A DNA stretch of 34,927 nucleotides from Candidatus Thorarchaeota archaeon. GTDB lineage: Archaea; Asgardarchaeota; Thorarchaeia; Thorarchaeales; Thorarchaeaceae. Numbering within the stretch: position 1 is the first letter of the stretch; every line of letters starts with the position of its first letter. Under the pieces are notes generated by a model that searched no databases, had not been told where the DNA came from, and worked only from the letters and a program-made list of their open reading frames with translations. A program made the translations under genes and the position numbers. Shown one piece after another: positions 25,990 to 34,927 of the stretch. The stretch is taken from the NCBI GenBank assembly GCA_046758445.1, contig JBHIAE010000029.1:1-34927 (forward strand). Reading direction: 5' to 3'.

Positions 25990-26703
25990 CTACGTAAGAT
26001 CAATCAGTACTGGTTTCTTATCCTTTCCGATCTTCATGCGCGTTCCTTTTAGTACCAAATCACAGATTTCAGGATAGTACCCAACGTAGAAGTTCAACAG
26101 ATGCCATCGAATCATCGCCTGTAGGTCAGTTGAAGCTTGAGGGTGTATTCTTTCTACAATGAACTTGGTGCAAGATTGCATCATCTTTAGACGGTGTAGA
26201 TCAAAGGTTTCATTTACTTTCTCTGCGACCCTAATTAGAACTGTTTCATCTTTCTCACGATGGGCTTGGGACTTGAGGAAAATTGCATCTTGGATTATGT
26301 AATATGCAATCTCTCCCAATTGGAATAGGTCGTTGAGAAACTCAATCTCAAAAAGGTCCCCAAAGCGGTCAATCAAATTCTCGATTTCTTTAGATGATAA
26401 CTGAACTCTAGCAGCCATTTGAAGGATATACTTGTCCAATGGAAAATTAGTTGCTGGCAGGACCATTCCCTTTGCACGAAGACGCAGTTGTTCCTCTTCT
26501 GGTAATTGTTCATCAACTGCATTTATGCGAGCCAGTTCAAGAAACGAATCCCGACCAACAGCTGTGAATAATCTTCGTAGTGCAATTTGATGTCGAGGTT
26601 CTAATCGTCTTTCTCTACCTGACTCAATCAACCAATTAAGAACAAGACTAATCCCAAAAACCTCAAGAAGAATACTCCAAACAATGATTATCCAATTTAT
26701 CAA
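25990..26703 (-). CDS. Hypothetical protein with N-terminal TM anchor and helical domain
   Basis: 237-aa ORF with a hydrophobic N-terminus; it may be 5'-truncated at the island edge. Confidence 0.6.
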   Translation of the reverse strand: MINWIIIVWSILLEVFGISLVLNWLIESGRERRLEPRHQIALRRLFTAVGRDSFLELARINAVDEQLPEEEQLRLRAKGMVLPATNFPLDKYILQMAARVQLSSKEIENLIDRFGDLFEIEFLNDLFQLGEIAYYIIQDAIFLKSQAHREKDETVLIRVAEKVNETFDLHRLKMMQSCTKFIVERIHPQASTDLQAMIRWHLLNFYVGYYPEICDLVLKGTRMKIGKDKKPVLIDLT

Positions 26704-26740
26704 TAGAACTCGGATATTCGGAGGATGAGGACATAGCGCC

Positions 26741-27967
26741 CTATTTCACATGAAGTGATTCCCAACGAATGTCTAGGGCTGTACGCGGGAACTGACTCTC
26801 CATATGGGTTCTCGTTCGACCGAGCATATTGTTGACAGGACTTGATCCCATGAGTGAACTCAGCCGTTGAGCCAAGCCGTGGAAGAGCACACCGAACCCT
26901 TCGCTGACCTCTTCTGGCGTGATACTACCTCTAATTGTAGCGGTGCTGAGTGAGTTCTTGACCTCGACATCGACGCCTTCTTCAAGCCCCACAAATGCGA
27001 GCCATGAGTGTTTCTCCTCAAGCTCATCTTTAGACTTCAAGAACACTTCTCTCGCAGGCTTCACTCCCAGTATCGTTGCGCTTCGGCTCAGCAAATCTTG
27101 GAGTGCCGAGGTGTAGAGAACCATTGTGGCTTGAGCCGGTGATACTCGTTCCACCGTTCTACGATGTGCCAAAAGTGCAATATCATCCAGGAAGCGCTTA
27201 AGGTCTGAGGTCTTCACGCGTTCTGCCGCAATGGATAGAGGAGTCTGACCATCCAGTTCCGGCAATGCCTTCGCTGTGTCTGGGGAGATTCCGTCTACAT
27301 CCTCCTCGGAGGGCACGAGGGAGGTGGTCTGATAGATGTCGTCCGGTTTGGCAGTTTCAGTGATGGTTATTGCCTTCTCCCAATATGCCTCAGCAACCAT
27401 GTTCATGGCAAGCTCCGGTGGGACCTCAAGAAACTCAGCTGCATCTTGGACCGTACAGTCTTCTGGGATGAGCTTCAGGAAGGAGATGACATCTGGCTTA
27501 GAGGTATAGTACTCCCAGTGATGTTTGAGCTTCATTCTGGTTTCTGGGGTAACCTGGTCTCTGACAAACTCCTCTATGACGTTGCGTTCGAAGCGGGTGT
27601 AGACTGCAAGGTCAAGCTCTACCCACCTCAACAGAGCAAACTGATCCTCAAAGCTTGCAATGAGTCTTCTCATCTTGTTTCTTAGGTCTTCGGTGTCCTC
27701 TTTGGCAGACACTGCAGCGAGAGTCCATTCCCCAAACTCGACAACAATCTTATGATCCGTGCCCTCAAATGCACGTGCCCTTGAGCTGACAGACCGAGTC
27801 GCCTCATCGAAGAAAGATGTCATTGCTACAAGGAAAGAAGACAGCAGATCGGGATCAAAATCAGATTCCTCGAAGTCGTGGTAGTACATGCAAACTCCAG
27901 TGTCTCGCTTGATGATGTACACACTCTGAATCTGCATCTGTTTCTTTCCTCTCTTACCAAACGGCAC
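26741..27967 (-). CDS. Longin-domain protein with winged-helix repeats (Asgard eukaryotic-signature type)
   Basis: N-terminal IQSVYIIKRDTGVCMY...DPDLLSSFLVAMTSFFDE...L...FEDQF is the Asgard longin pattern; two wHTH-like segments follow. Confidence 0.75.
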   Translation of the reverse strand: MPFGKRGKKQMQIQSVYIIKRDTGVCMYYHDFEESDFDPDLLSSFLVAMTSFFDEATRSVSSRARAFEGTDHKIVVEFGEWTLAAVSAKEDTEDLRNKMRRLIASFEDQFALLRWVELDLAVYTRFERNVIEEFVRDQVTPETRMKLKHHWEYYTSKPDVISFLKLIPEDCTVQDAAEFLEVPPELAMNMVAEAYWEKAITITETAKPDDIYQTTSLVPSEEDVDGISPDTAKALPELDGQTPLSIAAERVKTSDLKRFLDDIALLAHRRTVERVSPAQATMVLYTSALQDLLSRSATILGVKPAREVFLKSKDELEEKHSWLAFVGLEEGVDVEVKNSLSTATIRGSITPEEVSEGFGVLFHGLAQRLSSLMGSSPVNNMLGRTRTHMESQFPRTALDIRWESLHVK

Positions 27968-28105
27968 TTCATTTAGTACAGTCTGTAGTCCCTTTGGCGT
28001 GGCGGCGACAAACCTAGCTCTTTCCCAACTTGGATTGTGGTGAAAGTGTAGGGTTCTGCCTCATAATTCACTAGGACTATAAGTAAATGAAATTGGTGTG
28101 GATGT

Positions 28106-28711
28106 ATGGCTGAAGACCAGAGCGTCATATGTCCGGTCTGTGAAGAGGGCAAACTGGACATTCAGTCGATTCTCTATAGTGTGCCCTACTTCAATGAACT
28201 AGCCATGTTCACAATGAAATGTCCGAAGTGCAACTTCAGCCACAACGATGTATTCTCTGCAGAGCAGAGACCTCCTATGAGATGGACTCTGCATGTGAAC
28301 GACGAGAAAGTCCTACAGACGCGTGTGGTGCGTTCCAGTTCAGGGACAATCAGATTGCCGGACTTCGGGATAGACATAGAGCCTGGTCCAGCAGCCGACT
28401 CTTTCATCAGCAATGTGGAAGGTGTCTTGCAGCGGACTATTCCAGTTGTTGAGAGTGCCATCAACTTCGCTGAAACCGATGAGGAACGAGAGAAGGGACA
28501 TGATGTCCTCGCTCTGCTTCGGAAGGCATTGACGGGAGAGATCCAATTCTCAATCATTGTGGAAGACCCTGCAGGAGTAAGCGGGATACTGCCCGACGAC
28601 CTTACCCTTGTGAAACGTGATGAACTGACGCCGGAAGAGGCATCACTACTGAAAGGTGCTCCTGTGTGGCTCGAAGTCGCCCGCGAGGACTATAAAGAGC
28701 GTAAGGGCTAA
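28106..28711 (+). CDS. Archaeal ZPR1 zinc-finger domain protein
   Basis: CPVC..VPYF..CPKCNF, RVVRSSSGTIRLP, IEPGP, FISNVEGVL, VEDPAG.S. Confidence 0.92.
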   Translation: MAEDQSVICPVCEEGKLDIQSILYSVPYFNELAMFTMKCPKCNFSHNDVFSAEQRPPMRWTLHVNDEKVLQTRVVRSSSGTIRLPDFGIDIEPGPAADSFISNVEGVLQRTIPVVESAINFAETDEEREKGHDVLALLRKALTGEIQFSIIVEDPAGVSGILPDDLTLVKRDELTPEEASLLKGAPVWLEVAREDYKERKG

Positions 28712-28741
28712 AAGGCCAGTAAATCGACTCCGAGCAGCATT

Positions 28742-28818
28742 GGGCCGGTAGATCAGCCTGGCAGATCGTCTGGCTTGCATCCAGGAGGTCGTGGGTTCAA
28801 ATCCCACCCGGTCCACCA
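28742..28818 (+). tRNA. tRNA-Ala (TGC), CCA encoded
   Basis: Acceptor GGGCCGG/CCGGTCC with G3:U70, anticodon loop CT-TGC-AT, T-arm GTGGG-TTCAAAT-CCCAC, 3' ACCA. Confidence 0.96.
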
Positions 28819-28844
28819 TTCATTCTCTTCCTTCTCCACAGAGG

Positions 28845-29507
28845 TCAGTTGACCACGTATCCAGTTTCTTCCCAAGCCTCGCGCATTACTGGATTGCGTT
28901 TTAGAAATGCATCTACAGTCCTCTTGGGGACCCGGTTCATGGGACAGGAGAAGTTCAGACATCTGGGACAGATCTTGAGCCTCAGCACAGTGAGCCAAGT
29001 CATTGCGCCGATGATGGCGAGAAGTAGGAAAACGAATTGCTCGCTGAGAATCAGGAAAGGCATTGGGAATCCAACAAAGATGCCCAAAGCGATGATGAAC
29101 TGAATCTTGTAAGACCGGGACATCGGACTTGGGTTGTACGGCCAAGTCTTGTAGAGTCCGTAGTTCGCATAGCAGTGGAGGATGTGACCTTGGCCTCCAT
29201 CTTCGGCATAGAAAGGACAATGACTGCATAGAATCCTGTTCTCCCAGAGCTCGAAGAAGACAAGCCAGTACGCAAAGTACGCGAGAATCCACCATCCCAT
29301 GCCTCCAAACCACATCCCTGCAATTGCTGGTATGAAGAACATGAAGGCACTCCCACCAAACATCAGGGTGTCCCTTCTGCGAATCTCGCAATTGACCTCA
29401 TATTTCAGAGTGCAATCGCCGCACTCTTCTTTCGGTTTCCAAATGCAGATATTATGAGGATTCTTCTCCACAGCCTGTTCTTCGTTCTTCGATTCTCCTG
29501 ACATCAT
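28845..29507 (-). CDS. Cys-rich four-TM membrane protein
   Basis: TM helices plus CGDC, LCSHCPFY, HCYAN and ICPRCLNFSCPMN motifs. Confidence 0.75.
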   Translation of the reverse strand: MMSGESKNEEQAVEKNPHNICIWKPKEECGDCTLKYEVNCEIRRRDTLMFGGSAFMFFIPAIAGMWFGGMGWWILAYFAYWLVFFELWENRILCSHCPFYAEDGGQGHILHCYANYGLYKTWPYNPSPMSRSYKIQFIIALGIFVGFPMPFLILSEQFVFLLLAIIGAMTWLTVLRLKICPRCLNFSCPMNRVPKRTVDAFLKRNPVMREAWEETGYVVN

Positions 29508-29667
29508 CTTCCGCTTTCAGCTTCACGTGGGCCTTTTGTTGCAGTCAAGTATCATACAAATCGCTAGGCGCATGTTTAGCGCGAGTGCAGATGCCTATAA
29601 TCATAGAGCCACCATAAGAGTGATTTGGGAGCCGAATTCTTCTCTGCTAACGTGAACAGGTTCTGCA

Positions 29668-30057
29668 GTGGGTGAAACTCGAATGACAGATCACCAAATG
29701 GTCTCAACCGCCTTGAGATTCAACGAGAGAATCAATGCACGCGACCTTCTTGGGCTAATCGAGCTCATGACTGAGGACCACACCTTCATAGACATTCCAG
29801 GTAGAGTAACAGAAGGCCGGGATGCCATGACGGCAAGCTGGGCCATGTTCTTCAAGGAGTACCCTGACTACCGAAACAACTTCACTCTGGTTGAGGTGAA
29901 GGGGAATCTCGTCATTATGATTGGCTTCTCGGAATGTTCGTACGATCCGCTAGATGGACCAGCCATCTGGACCGCGGAGATTAGGGACGGTCTGGTGGCC
30001 GAATGGCGCGTCTATGAAGACACAAATGACGTTCGACAGCAACTTGGCGTCGGATGA
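29668..30057 (+). CDS. SnoaL/NTF2-like protein
   Basis: FNERINARDL..L..LMTEDH.FID, GRDAM...W..FF...PDY, RDGLVAEWRVYED. Confidence 0.85.
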   Translation: MGETRMTDHQMVSTALRFNERINARDLLGLIELMTEDHTFIDIPGRVTEGRDAMTASWAMFFKEYPDYRNNFTLVEVKGNLVIMIGFSECSYDPLDGPAIWTAEIRDGLVAEWRVYEDTNDVRQQLGVG

Positions 30058-31094
30058 CATCGACGTATGCCACACTGGCATTCCTAAGTGAGCCGGAGGA
30101 GTACGATTCATTGACACGAGTCAATCTGGAAACAATCGAGAAAGCAAGAGGAAGGATATCCGGTGTGGTCAAGAATACTCCGCTAGTTCATTCCACTTTT
30201 CTGAGTAAGCTATGCAAAGGATATGTCTATCTTAAGCTTGAGAACCAACAGGTCACAAACTCATTCAAGCTTAGAGGAGCTCTCAATCGAATGAGCTGTC
30301 TATCTACCGAGGAAAGGACCAGAGGCATAGTGACCGCGTCTACAGGGAACCACGCCTTGGGAGTCGCTTTCTCCTCAATGCATCTTGGTGTGCCTGCCAA
30401 GATCGTTGTTCCAAGCAATGTGTCAGAAACGAAACTGAGTCGTCTTCGAGAATTCGAGGTTCAGGTGATTCAGGAAGGGGAGTTCGACGAGATAGAGCAA
30501 CGAGCACGAGGTTTCGCTGCTGAGGAGGGACTAACCTATGTGTCCCCATATAGTGATGTGGAAATCATCTCAGGACAGGGTACAATAGGCCTAGAGATTC
30601 TCGAAGTTCTTGACAATGTTGACCTACTTACTGCTCCAGTTGGTGGAGGAGGCCTAGTCTCTGGCATTGCTGTCGCAGTGAAGTCGCTAAGCCCTTCCAC
30701 TGAAGTGGTGGGGGTCCAGGTATTCGGAATCTCGACCATGCATGACTCCTGGCAAGCTGGGAGAATAGTTCACCCTAAAGAGAAGCATACTCTGGCTGAC
30801 GGAATTCTCGGGGGGCTCGAAGACGGAGCGATGACATTTGACATCGTAATGAAGCATGTGGATGACTTTCATCTCATTCGAGAGGAAACTGTGAAACAGG
30901 CCATCCGCTTGCTGTGGGAACATGAGAAGCAAACTGTGGAAGGTGCTGGCGCCATAGCTATAGGCCCAATCCTTGAGGACCCGGAACACTTCAATGGGAA
31001 GACTGTGGTCGCTGTCATTAGTGGAGGCAACATAGAGGCCGGACTACACCGGCGAATAGTGTCTGAGGCAGACTGGCCTGCAGGTGGCGGCTAG
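30054..31094 (+). CDS. PLP-dependent threonine/serine dehydratase (no regulatory domain)
   Basis: LKLENQQ.T.SFKLRGA (PLP Lys), ASTGNH, GQGTIGLE, PVGGGGL, ISGGN. Confidence 0.9.
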   Translation: MTSTYATLAFLSEPEEYDSLTRVNLETIEKARGRISGVVKNTPLVHSTFLSKLCKGYVYLKLENQQVTNSFKLRGALNRMSCLSTEERTRGIVTASTGNHALGVAFSSMHLGVPAKIVVPSNVSETKLSRLREFEVQVIQEGEFDEIEQRARGFAAEEGLTYVSPYSDVEIISGQGTIGLEILEVLDNVDLLTAPVGGGGLVSGIAVAVKSLSPSTEVVGVQVFGISTMHDSWQAGRIVHPKEKHTLADGILGGLEDGAMTFDIVMKHVDDFHLIREETVKQAIRLLWEHEKQTVEGAGAIAIGPILEDPEHFNGKTVVAVISGGNIEAGLHRRIVSEADWPAGGG

Positions 31095-31259
31095 TCCCAA
31101 TCGGCTGAGGGAAGACAACAAGCATACATTTGGGTCATGAAATCTATCATAAGGCAATCCTTAAGAGGACCGTTCTTTGGCCCAAAGCCACTTCATACAA
31201 TGAACAAGGCTGTTGACTATCTTCCTTTTGAGGGAGAGCAGAACGCCTAGACTAATCAG

Positions 31260-33665
31260 ATGGTGACAAGCAAAATGCAGCTCTTCGAAACCTTCAATGC
31301 CATGTTACTTATCGAGAAGGTGATGATATTCACCGTCATCCTTGCTGCGATAGCCAGTCTAGTGTATGCTTGGTGGCTCAGAAAGGGAGTACTTGAGCTC
31401 CCCAAGGGCACTGAACAGATGCAGAAGGTGTGGAACGGCATCAGGGAGGGTGCACTATCATACCTCAACAGACAGCTGAGAACGATAATACCTATTCTTG
31501 CAGTGTTGTCGTTTCTCCTCTTCTTCACCGTTTACTTTACAGTTCCTGAGCGAGGCACTGAACTTCTTTTCGGTAGGACTCCTGATAAGGGCCGGTTCAT
31601 TGTCGGTCTCGGGCGTTCGTTGGCTTTCGTGCTTGGTGCCAGCTTCTCGTTGATTGTCGGGCAGCTCGGAATGAGAATCGCTGTCGAATCTAATATCAGA
31701 GTGGCTCAAGCTACGCGTGAGGGAGAAGACAGGTACAATCGTGCCCTGACAATCTCTTACCGTGGTGGAACGTTCACAGGAATGCTTACAGACGGACTCG
31801 GTCTGCTCGGGGGAACTATCATCTTCATCACATACGGGTTTGCCGCTCCAGACGCACTCCTGGGCTTCGGGCTGGGCGGTACCCTTCTAGCCTTGTTCAT
31901 GCGAGTGGGTGGAGGAATCTACACAAAAGCCGCTGATGTTGGTGCGGACTTGGTTGGAAAGGTTGAGCATGGACTACCCGAAGATGATCCTAGGAACGCA
32001 GCTGTTGTAGCTGACCTTGTAGGGGATAACGTCGGTGACTGCGCCGGAATGGCTGCCGACATCTTTGAGTCATATGAAGTCACAATCGTTTCAGCACTGA
32101 TTCTCGCTATTGTCATCTACTTGGACCATGTGACTACTCCCTTCCTGTTGCCTGGAGGGCTCTTTGCTGTTGTCGTCTTTCCACTCTTCGTAAGAGCAGT
32201 GGGTGTAATCTCCTCGATGATTGGGACTTTCATGGTGCCTGTCTGGCCAAGGATACTCAGAAAGCGGGAGGTCTATGCAGAGAAGGCAATGTTTCTGTCA
32301 TACGAGGCTTCGAGTGCCTTTACAATTATCCTGACCATGATGTTGTCTTGGTTCTATGTCGGGGACCTTAGGTTCGGAATACTCATCGCCACGGGTGTCA
32401 TGCTGGCGGTCTCATTCAATCCAATCACGAGCTACTTTACTTCGTTGAAGAAACCACCAGTGCAGGAGATTGTCAAGTCTGCTGACACTGGACACGCAAC
32501 ATTCATTCTCTCTGGTCTGGTCGCAGGCTACGAATCCACGGTCGCCGCACTGGTAGTCATTGTGGCAACATTCGGTATCTCCGCTGCATTGTTCTTGCCG
32601 GCTGTTGCAGCAGCACTGGCCCCTTGGTTTGTAGCAGACATTCACGGTACGCTTTGGACTCTTTATGGAATTGCACTCATTGGCATCGGGATGCTGTCAC
32701 ACACGGGCAACAATGTCGCTATGGACTCGTATGGCCCTATCAGTGATAACGCAGCAGGCATTGGCGAGTTGTCACCTGGTGACTTTGACGCTGACGCCAT
32801 GAAGACCATGGCCGAGCTCGATGCAGTTGGCAACACAACCAAGGCCATCACCAAAGGTGTAGCTATTGCCTCAGCAGTAATCGCAGCAGTTAGTCTCTTT
32901 GATAGCTACGTGGTAATTGCTCTTAGGCCTCTTGGTCTGGAGCACATCTTCCTAGACGATCCACTAGTGTTCTCAGGACTTCTTCTAGGTGCGGCGCTTC
33001 CTTGGCTGTTCTCTGCATTGAACATTAAGGCAGTGACACGTGCAGCCGGCCAGATGGTTATGGAGGTACGCAGGCAGTTCCGGATTCCAGGAATACTGGA
33101 GGGAACAGTCAAACCGGACTACGATCGAGCCGTTGGCATCTCAACCATAGCGGCACAAAAGGAACTCATTGCCCTTGCAGCAATTACCGTGTCAATTCCT
33201 ATGATGGTTGGCATTGTTCTGAATGTGGCAGCTCTTGGAGGATTTCTAGGAGGGATCATTGTATCCGGCCAGCTTCTGGCCGTGTTCATGTCGAACTCGG
33301 GCGGGGCGTGGGATAACGCCAAGAAGGCAATTGAGGATGAGCCCTGTGATCCTGTCCACAACACAGGGAAGGGCTCAGAGCGTCACAAATGTGGAGTTGT
33401 CGGTGACACAATTGGTGACCCGCTCAAGGACACGGCTGGCCCAGCACTCAATCCAATGATCAAAGTTGTGAACCTACTCAGTCTTATTCTGGCACCGCTT
33501 CTCGTCCAGTTCCAGTTTGGTGCTTCTGCTGAGATCACGGTGGCTTTACTGGGTGCACTATTCGTGTTACTGCTTGTGACAATATGGGCGATTCGCAAGA
33601 GCACAAAGCCAGCCGACTTCGGCATGGGAGTTCCAGAGGAAGAGGTCATCTCTCAGTGGAGTTGA
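31260..33665 (+). CDS. hppA: Membrane-integral pyrophosphatase, K+-independent H+-pumping type
   Basis: GGIYTKAADVGADLVGKVE, EDDPRN, DNVGD, YGPISDNA, GNTTKA (Lys = K+-independent signature), GGAWDNAKK, GDTIGDPLKDT. Confidence 0.95.
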   Translation: MVTSKMQLFETFNAMLLIEKVMIFTVILAAIASLVYAWWLRKGVLELPKGTEQMQKVWNGIREGALSYLNRQLRTIIPILAVLSFLLFFTVYFTVPERGTELLFGRTPDKGRFIVGLGRSLAFVLGASFSLIVGQLGMRIAVESNIRVAQATREGEDRYNRALTISYRGGTFTGMLTDGLGLLGGTIIFITYGFAAPDALLGFGLGGTLLALFMRVGGGIYTKAADVGADLVGKVEHGLPEDDPRNAAVVADLVGDNVGDCAGMAADIFESYEVTIVSALILAIVIYLDHVTTPFLLPGGLFAVVVFPLFVRAVGVISSMIGTFMVPVWPRILRKREVYAEKAMFLSYEASSAFTIILTMMLSWFYVGDLRFGILIATGVMLAVSFNPITSYFTSLKKPPVQEIVKSADTGHATFILSGLVAGYESTVAALVVIVATFGISAALFLPAVAAALAPWFVADIHGTLWTLYGIALIGIGMLSHTGNNVAMDSYGPISDNAAGIGELSPGDFDADAMKTMAELDAVGNTTKAITKGVAIASAVIAAVSLFDSYVVIALRPLGLEHIFLDDPLVFSGLLLGAALPWLFSALNIKAVTRAAGQMVMEVRRQFRIPGILEGTVKPDYDRAVGISTIAAQKELIALAAITVSIPMMVGIVLNVAALGGFLGGIIVSGQLLAVFMSNSGGAWDNAKKAIEDEPCDPVHNTGKGSERHKCGVVGDTIGDPLKDTAGPALNPMIKVVNLLSLILAPLLVQFQFGASAEITVALLGALFVLLLVTIWAIRKSTKPADFGMGVPEEEVISQWS

Positions 33666-33851
33666 GTGCGAAGCACCTTAGTAGGTGGCATCCCTTGCCA
33701 CCTCTACTCCTTTTGCTTCAAAGGATATTCAGAAGCACAGCCAAAGATATAGGATTTCGTGCATAATCGGCATGCTTTTCTTCTTACGATTCGTTAGAAT
33801 TCAAATAACAGGGCCGCGTTTGACTACGCTAGGGCATGAGAGTGTCATGAT

Positions 33852-34927
33852 TTGGAAGAAGAGCTTGTTCCCAATAGCGTCTTTGAAGGACACGAGTTTA
33901 CAGTCTGGTCCGTAGACTTCACTCCTGATAGTCGCTATGTCGTTTCAGGTGGCCAGGACGCCACTGTACGGATTTGGGACTTGCAGTCAGGCAGTCTCCT
34001 GCACACCCTTTCGGGGCACAGGGGCGCAGTGTATGGCATCGCCACCATGTCCGATTCCAACAGGATAGTTTCAATTGCAGCTAGGGATCTGGCCGTAAGG
34101 ATATGGGACATCAATAGCGGCTCACTGATCAGTGCTCTCGCCCCTAACTCGGCACAAGTAACCGCAGTCACGGTGAGTCCAGACAGTCGCTACGTCATTA
34201 CAGGTGGAGACGACGGGAGAGCCCGCATCTGGGATATCGATAGCGGTGTGTTGCTTCGAGTATTGAATCATCCAGGGAGCATATACTCAATGGTTGTTTC
34301 GCCCGACGGGCGGCACCTTGTGGTGGGGGCCAAGACAAGGCCAGCTTCTGATGACAAGGGCCTGATATGGATCTGGGACTTCGAACTGGGCATTCTGCTA
34401 CATTCACTTGATGGTCATGAAGGGCATGTGACTGCGCTTACTATGACCGCAGACGCAAGATACATTCTGTCAGGAGGCCAGGACGGGACTGTAAAGCTCT
34501 GGGATGTCGAAACTGGGACCCTGCTCTACTCTATGGCAGGCCACGAAGGACCGGTATTATCTGTCATTATAACCCCGGATGGACGACACATCATTAGCGG
34601 GTCAAGTGACGACTCGCTGCGTCTCTGGCAGCTTCACGGGGGAGTGTTCATTCACTCGGTTGAGCATGAAGAGAACGTCCATGCAATCGCTGTAAGCTCT
34701 GATGCAAGGCACATCGTCACGGGCGACGTGGAGGGAGTAGTGAAGGTGTGGGACTTTCGAGTCGGCACCAGTTGGCGGGACGAATCTTCAGAACGCGCTG
34801 AAGAGAGGAAGGTCGAGTTAGAGGCATTTCGGACCGTTCAGCTCAGAAAGGTCATCAATCGCTACGAAACCCTGCCGCTAGAACGTCTGAAGACACTCCT
34901 GCGCTTCGAGAGCGTTGCAGAGCTTGA
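33852..34927 (+). CDS. WD40 repeat protein (7 blades) with C-terminal winged-helix/PCI-like domain; runs off the window end
   Basis: Absent from the ORF track because it has no stop in the window. Manual translation from TTG 33852 gives GHEFTVWSVDFTPDSRYVVSGGQDATVRIWD and six further WD units, then QLRKVINRYETLPLERLKTLLRFESVAEL. Confidence 0.88.
   Translation, partial: MEEELVPNSVFEGHEFTVWSVDFTPDSRYVVSGGQDATVRIWDLQSGSLLHTLSGHRGAVYGIATMSDSNRIVSIAARDLAVRIWDINSGSLISALAPNSAQVTAVTVSPDSRYVITGGDDGRARIWDIDSGVLLRVLNHPGSIYSMVVSPDGRHLVVGAKTRPASDDKGLIWIWDFELGILLHSLDGHEGHVTALTMTADARYILSGGQDGTVKLWDVETGTLLYSMAGHEGPVLSVIITPDGRHIISGSSDDSLRLWQLHGGVFIHSVEHEENVHAIAVSSDARHIVTGDVEGVVKVWDFRVGTSWRDESSERAEERKVELEAFRTVQLRKVINRYETLPLERLKTLLRFESVAEL

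Larger units (their letters stand above)
17788..26740. other. Variable genomic island / insertion hotspot
   Basis: Low coding density, orphan genes, gene fragments, triple repeat and AT-richer blocks; flanked by conserved-looking genes. No recombinase gene seen. Confidence 0.7.

Noticed and set aside
28742-28818. tRNA-Ala as the island's integration site
   Set aside because: No duplicated tRNA 3' end was seen in the window, and the tRNA is separated from the island by two core-like genes.
28753-29391. 212-aa alternative ORF and the many other short antisense/overlapping ORFs in the track
   Set aside because: They are shadow frames of well-supported genes or the tRNA (the tail WWTGWDLNPRPPGCKP is the antisense reading of the tRNA) and carry no motifs.

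Overview
Archaeal chromosome segment, most likely from an Asgard archaeon (Thorarchaeota-like). This is inferred from a longin-domain protein, an archaeal ZPR1 homologue, a WD40 protein with a winged-helix-like tail and several double zinc-ribbon proteins. The left arm (1-17.8 kb) carries a C-N hydrolase, 2-oxoacid:ferredoxin oxidoreductase delta/alpha/beta, an M28 surface peptidase, a catalytically degenerate HD protein, an 8x C3H zinc-finger protein, UbiX, DUF2070, and PadR with a heterodimeric ABC exporter. The right arm (26.7-34.9 kb) carries a longin-wHTH protein, ZPR1, tRNA-Ala, SnoaL, a Thr/Ser dehydratase, a K+-independent H+-PPase and a partial WD40 protein. Between them lies a ~9 kb variable island (17.8-26.7 kb) with no visible integrase or transposase. 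It contains three direct copies of a ~130-145 bp palindrome-containing repeat, several orphan gene 3' ends (including a cysS C-terminus and an RHH C-terminus), hairpins at junctions, a structured non-coding stretch and AT-richer orphan genes. All family calls come from motif recognition by eye; no database search was run.
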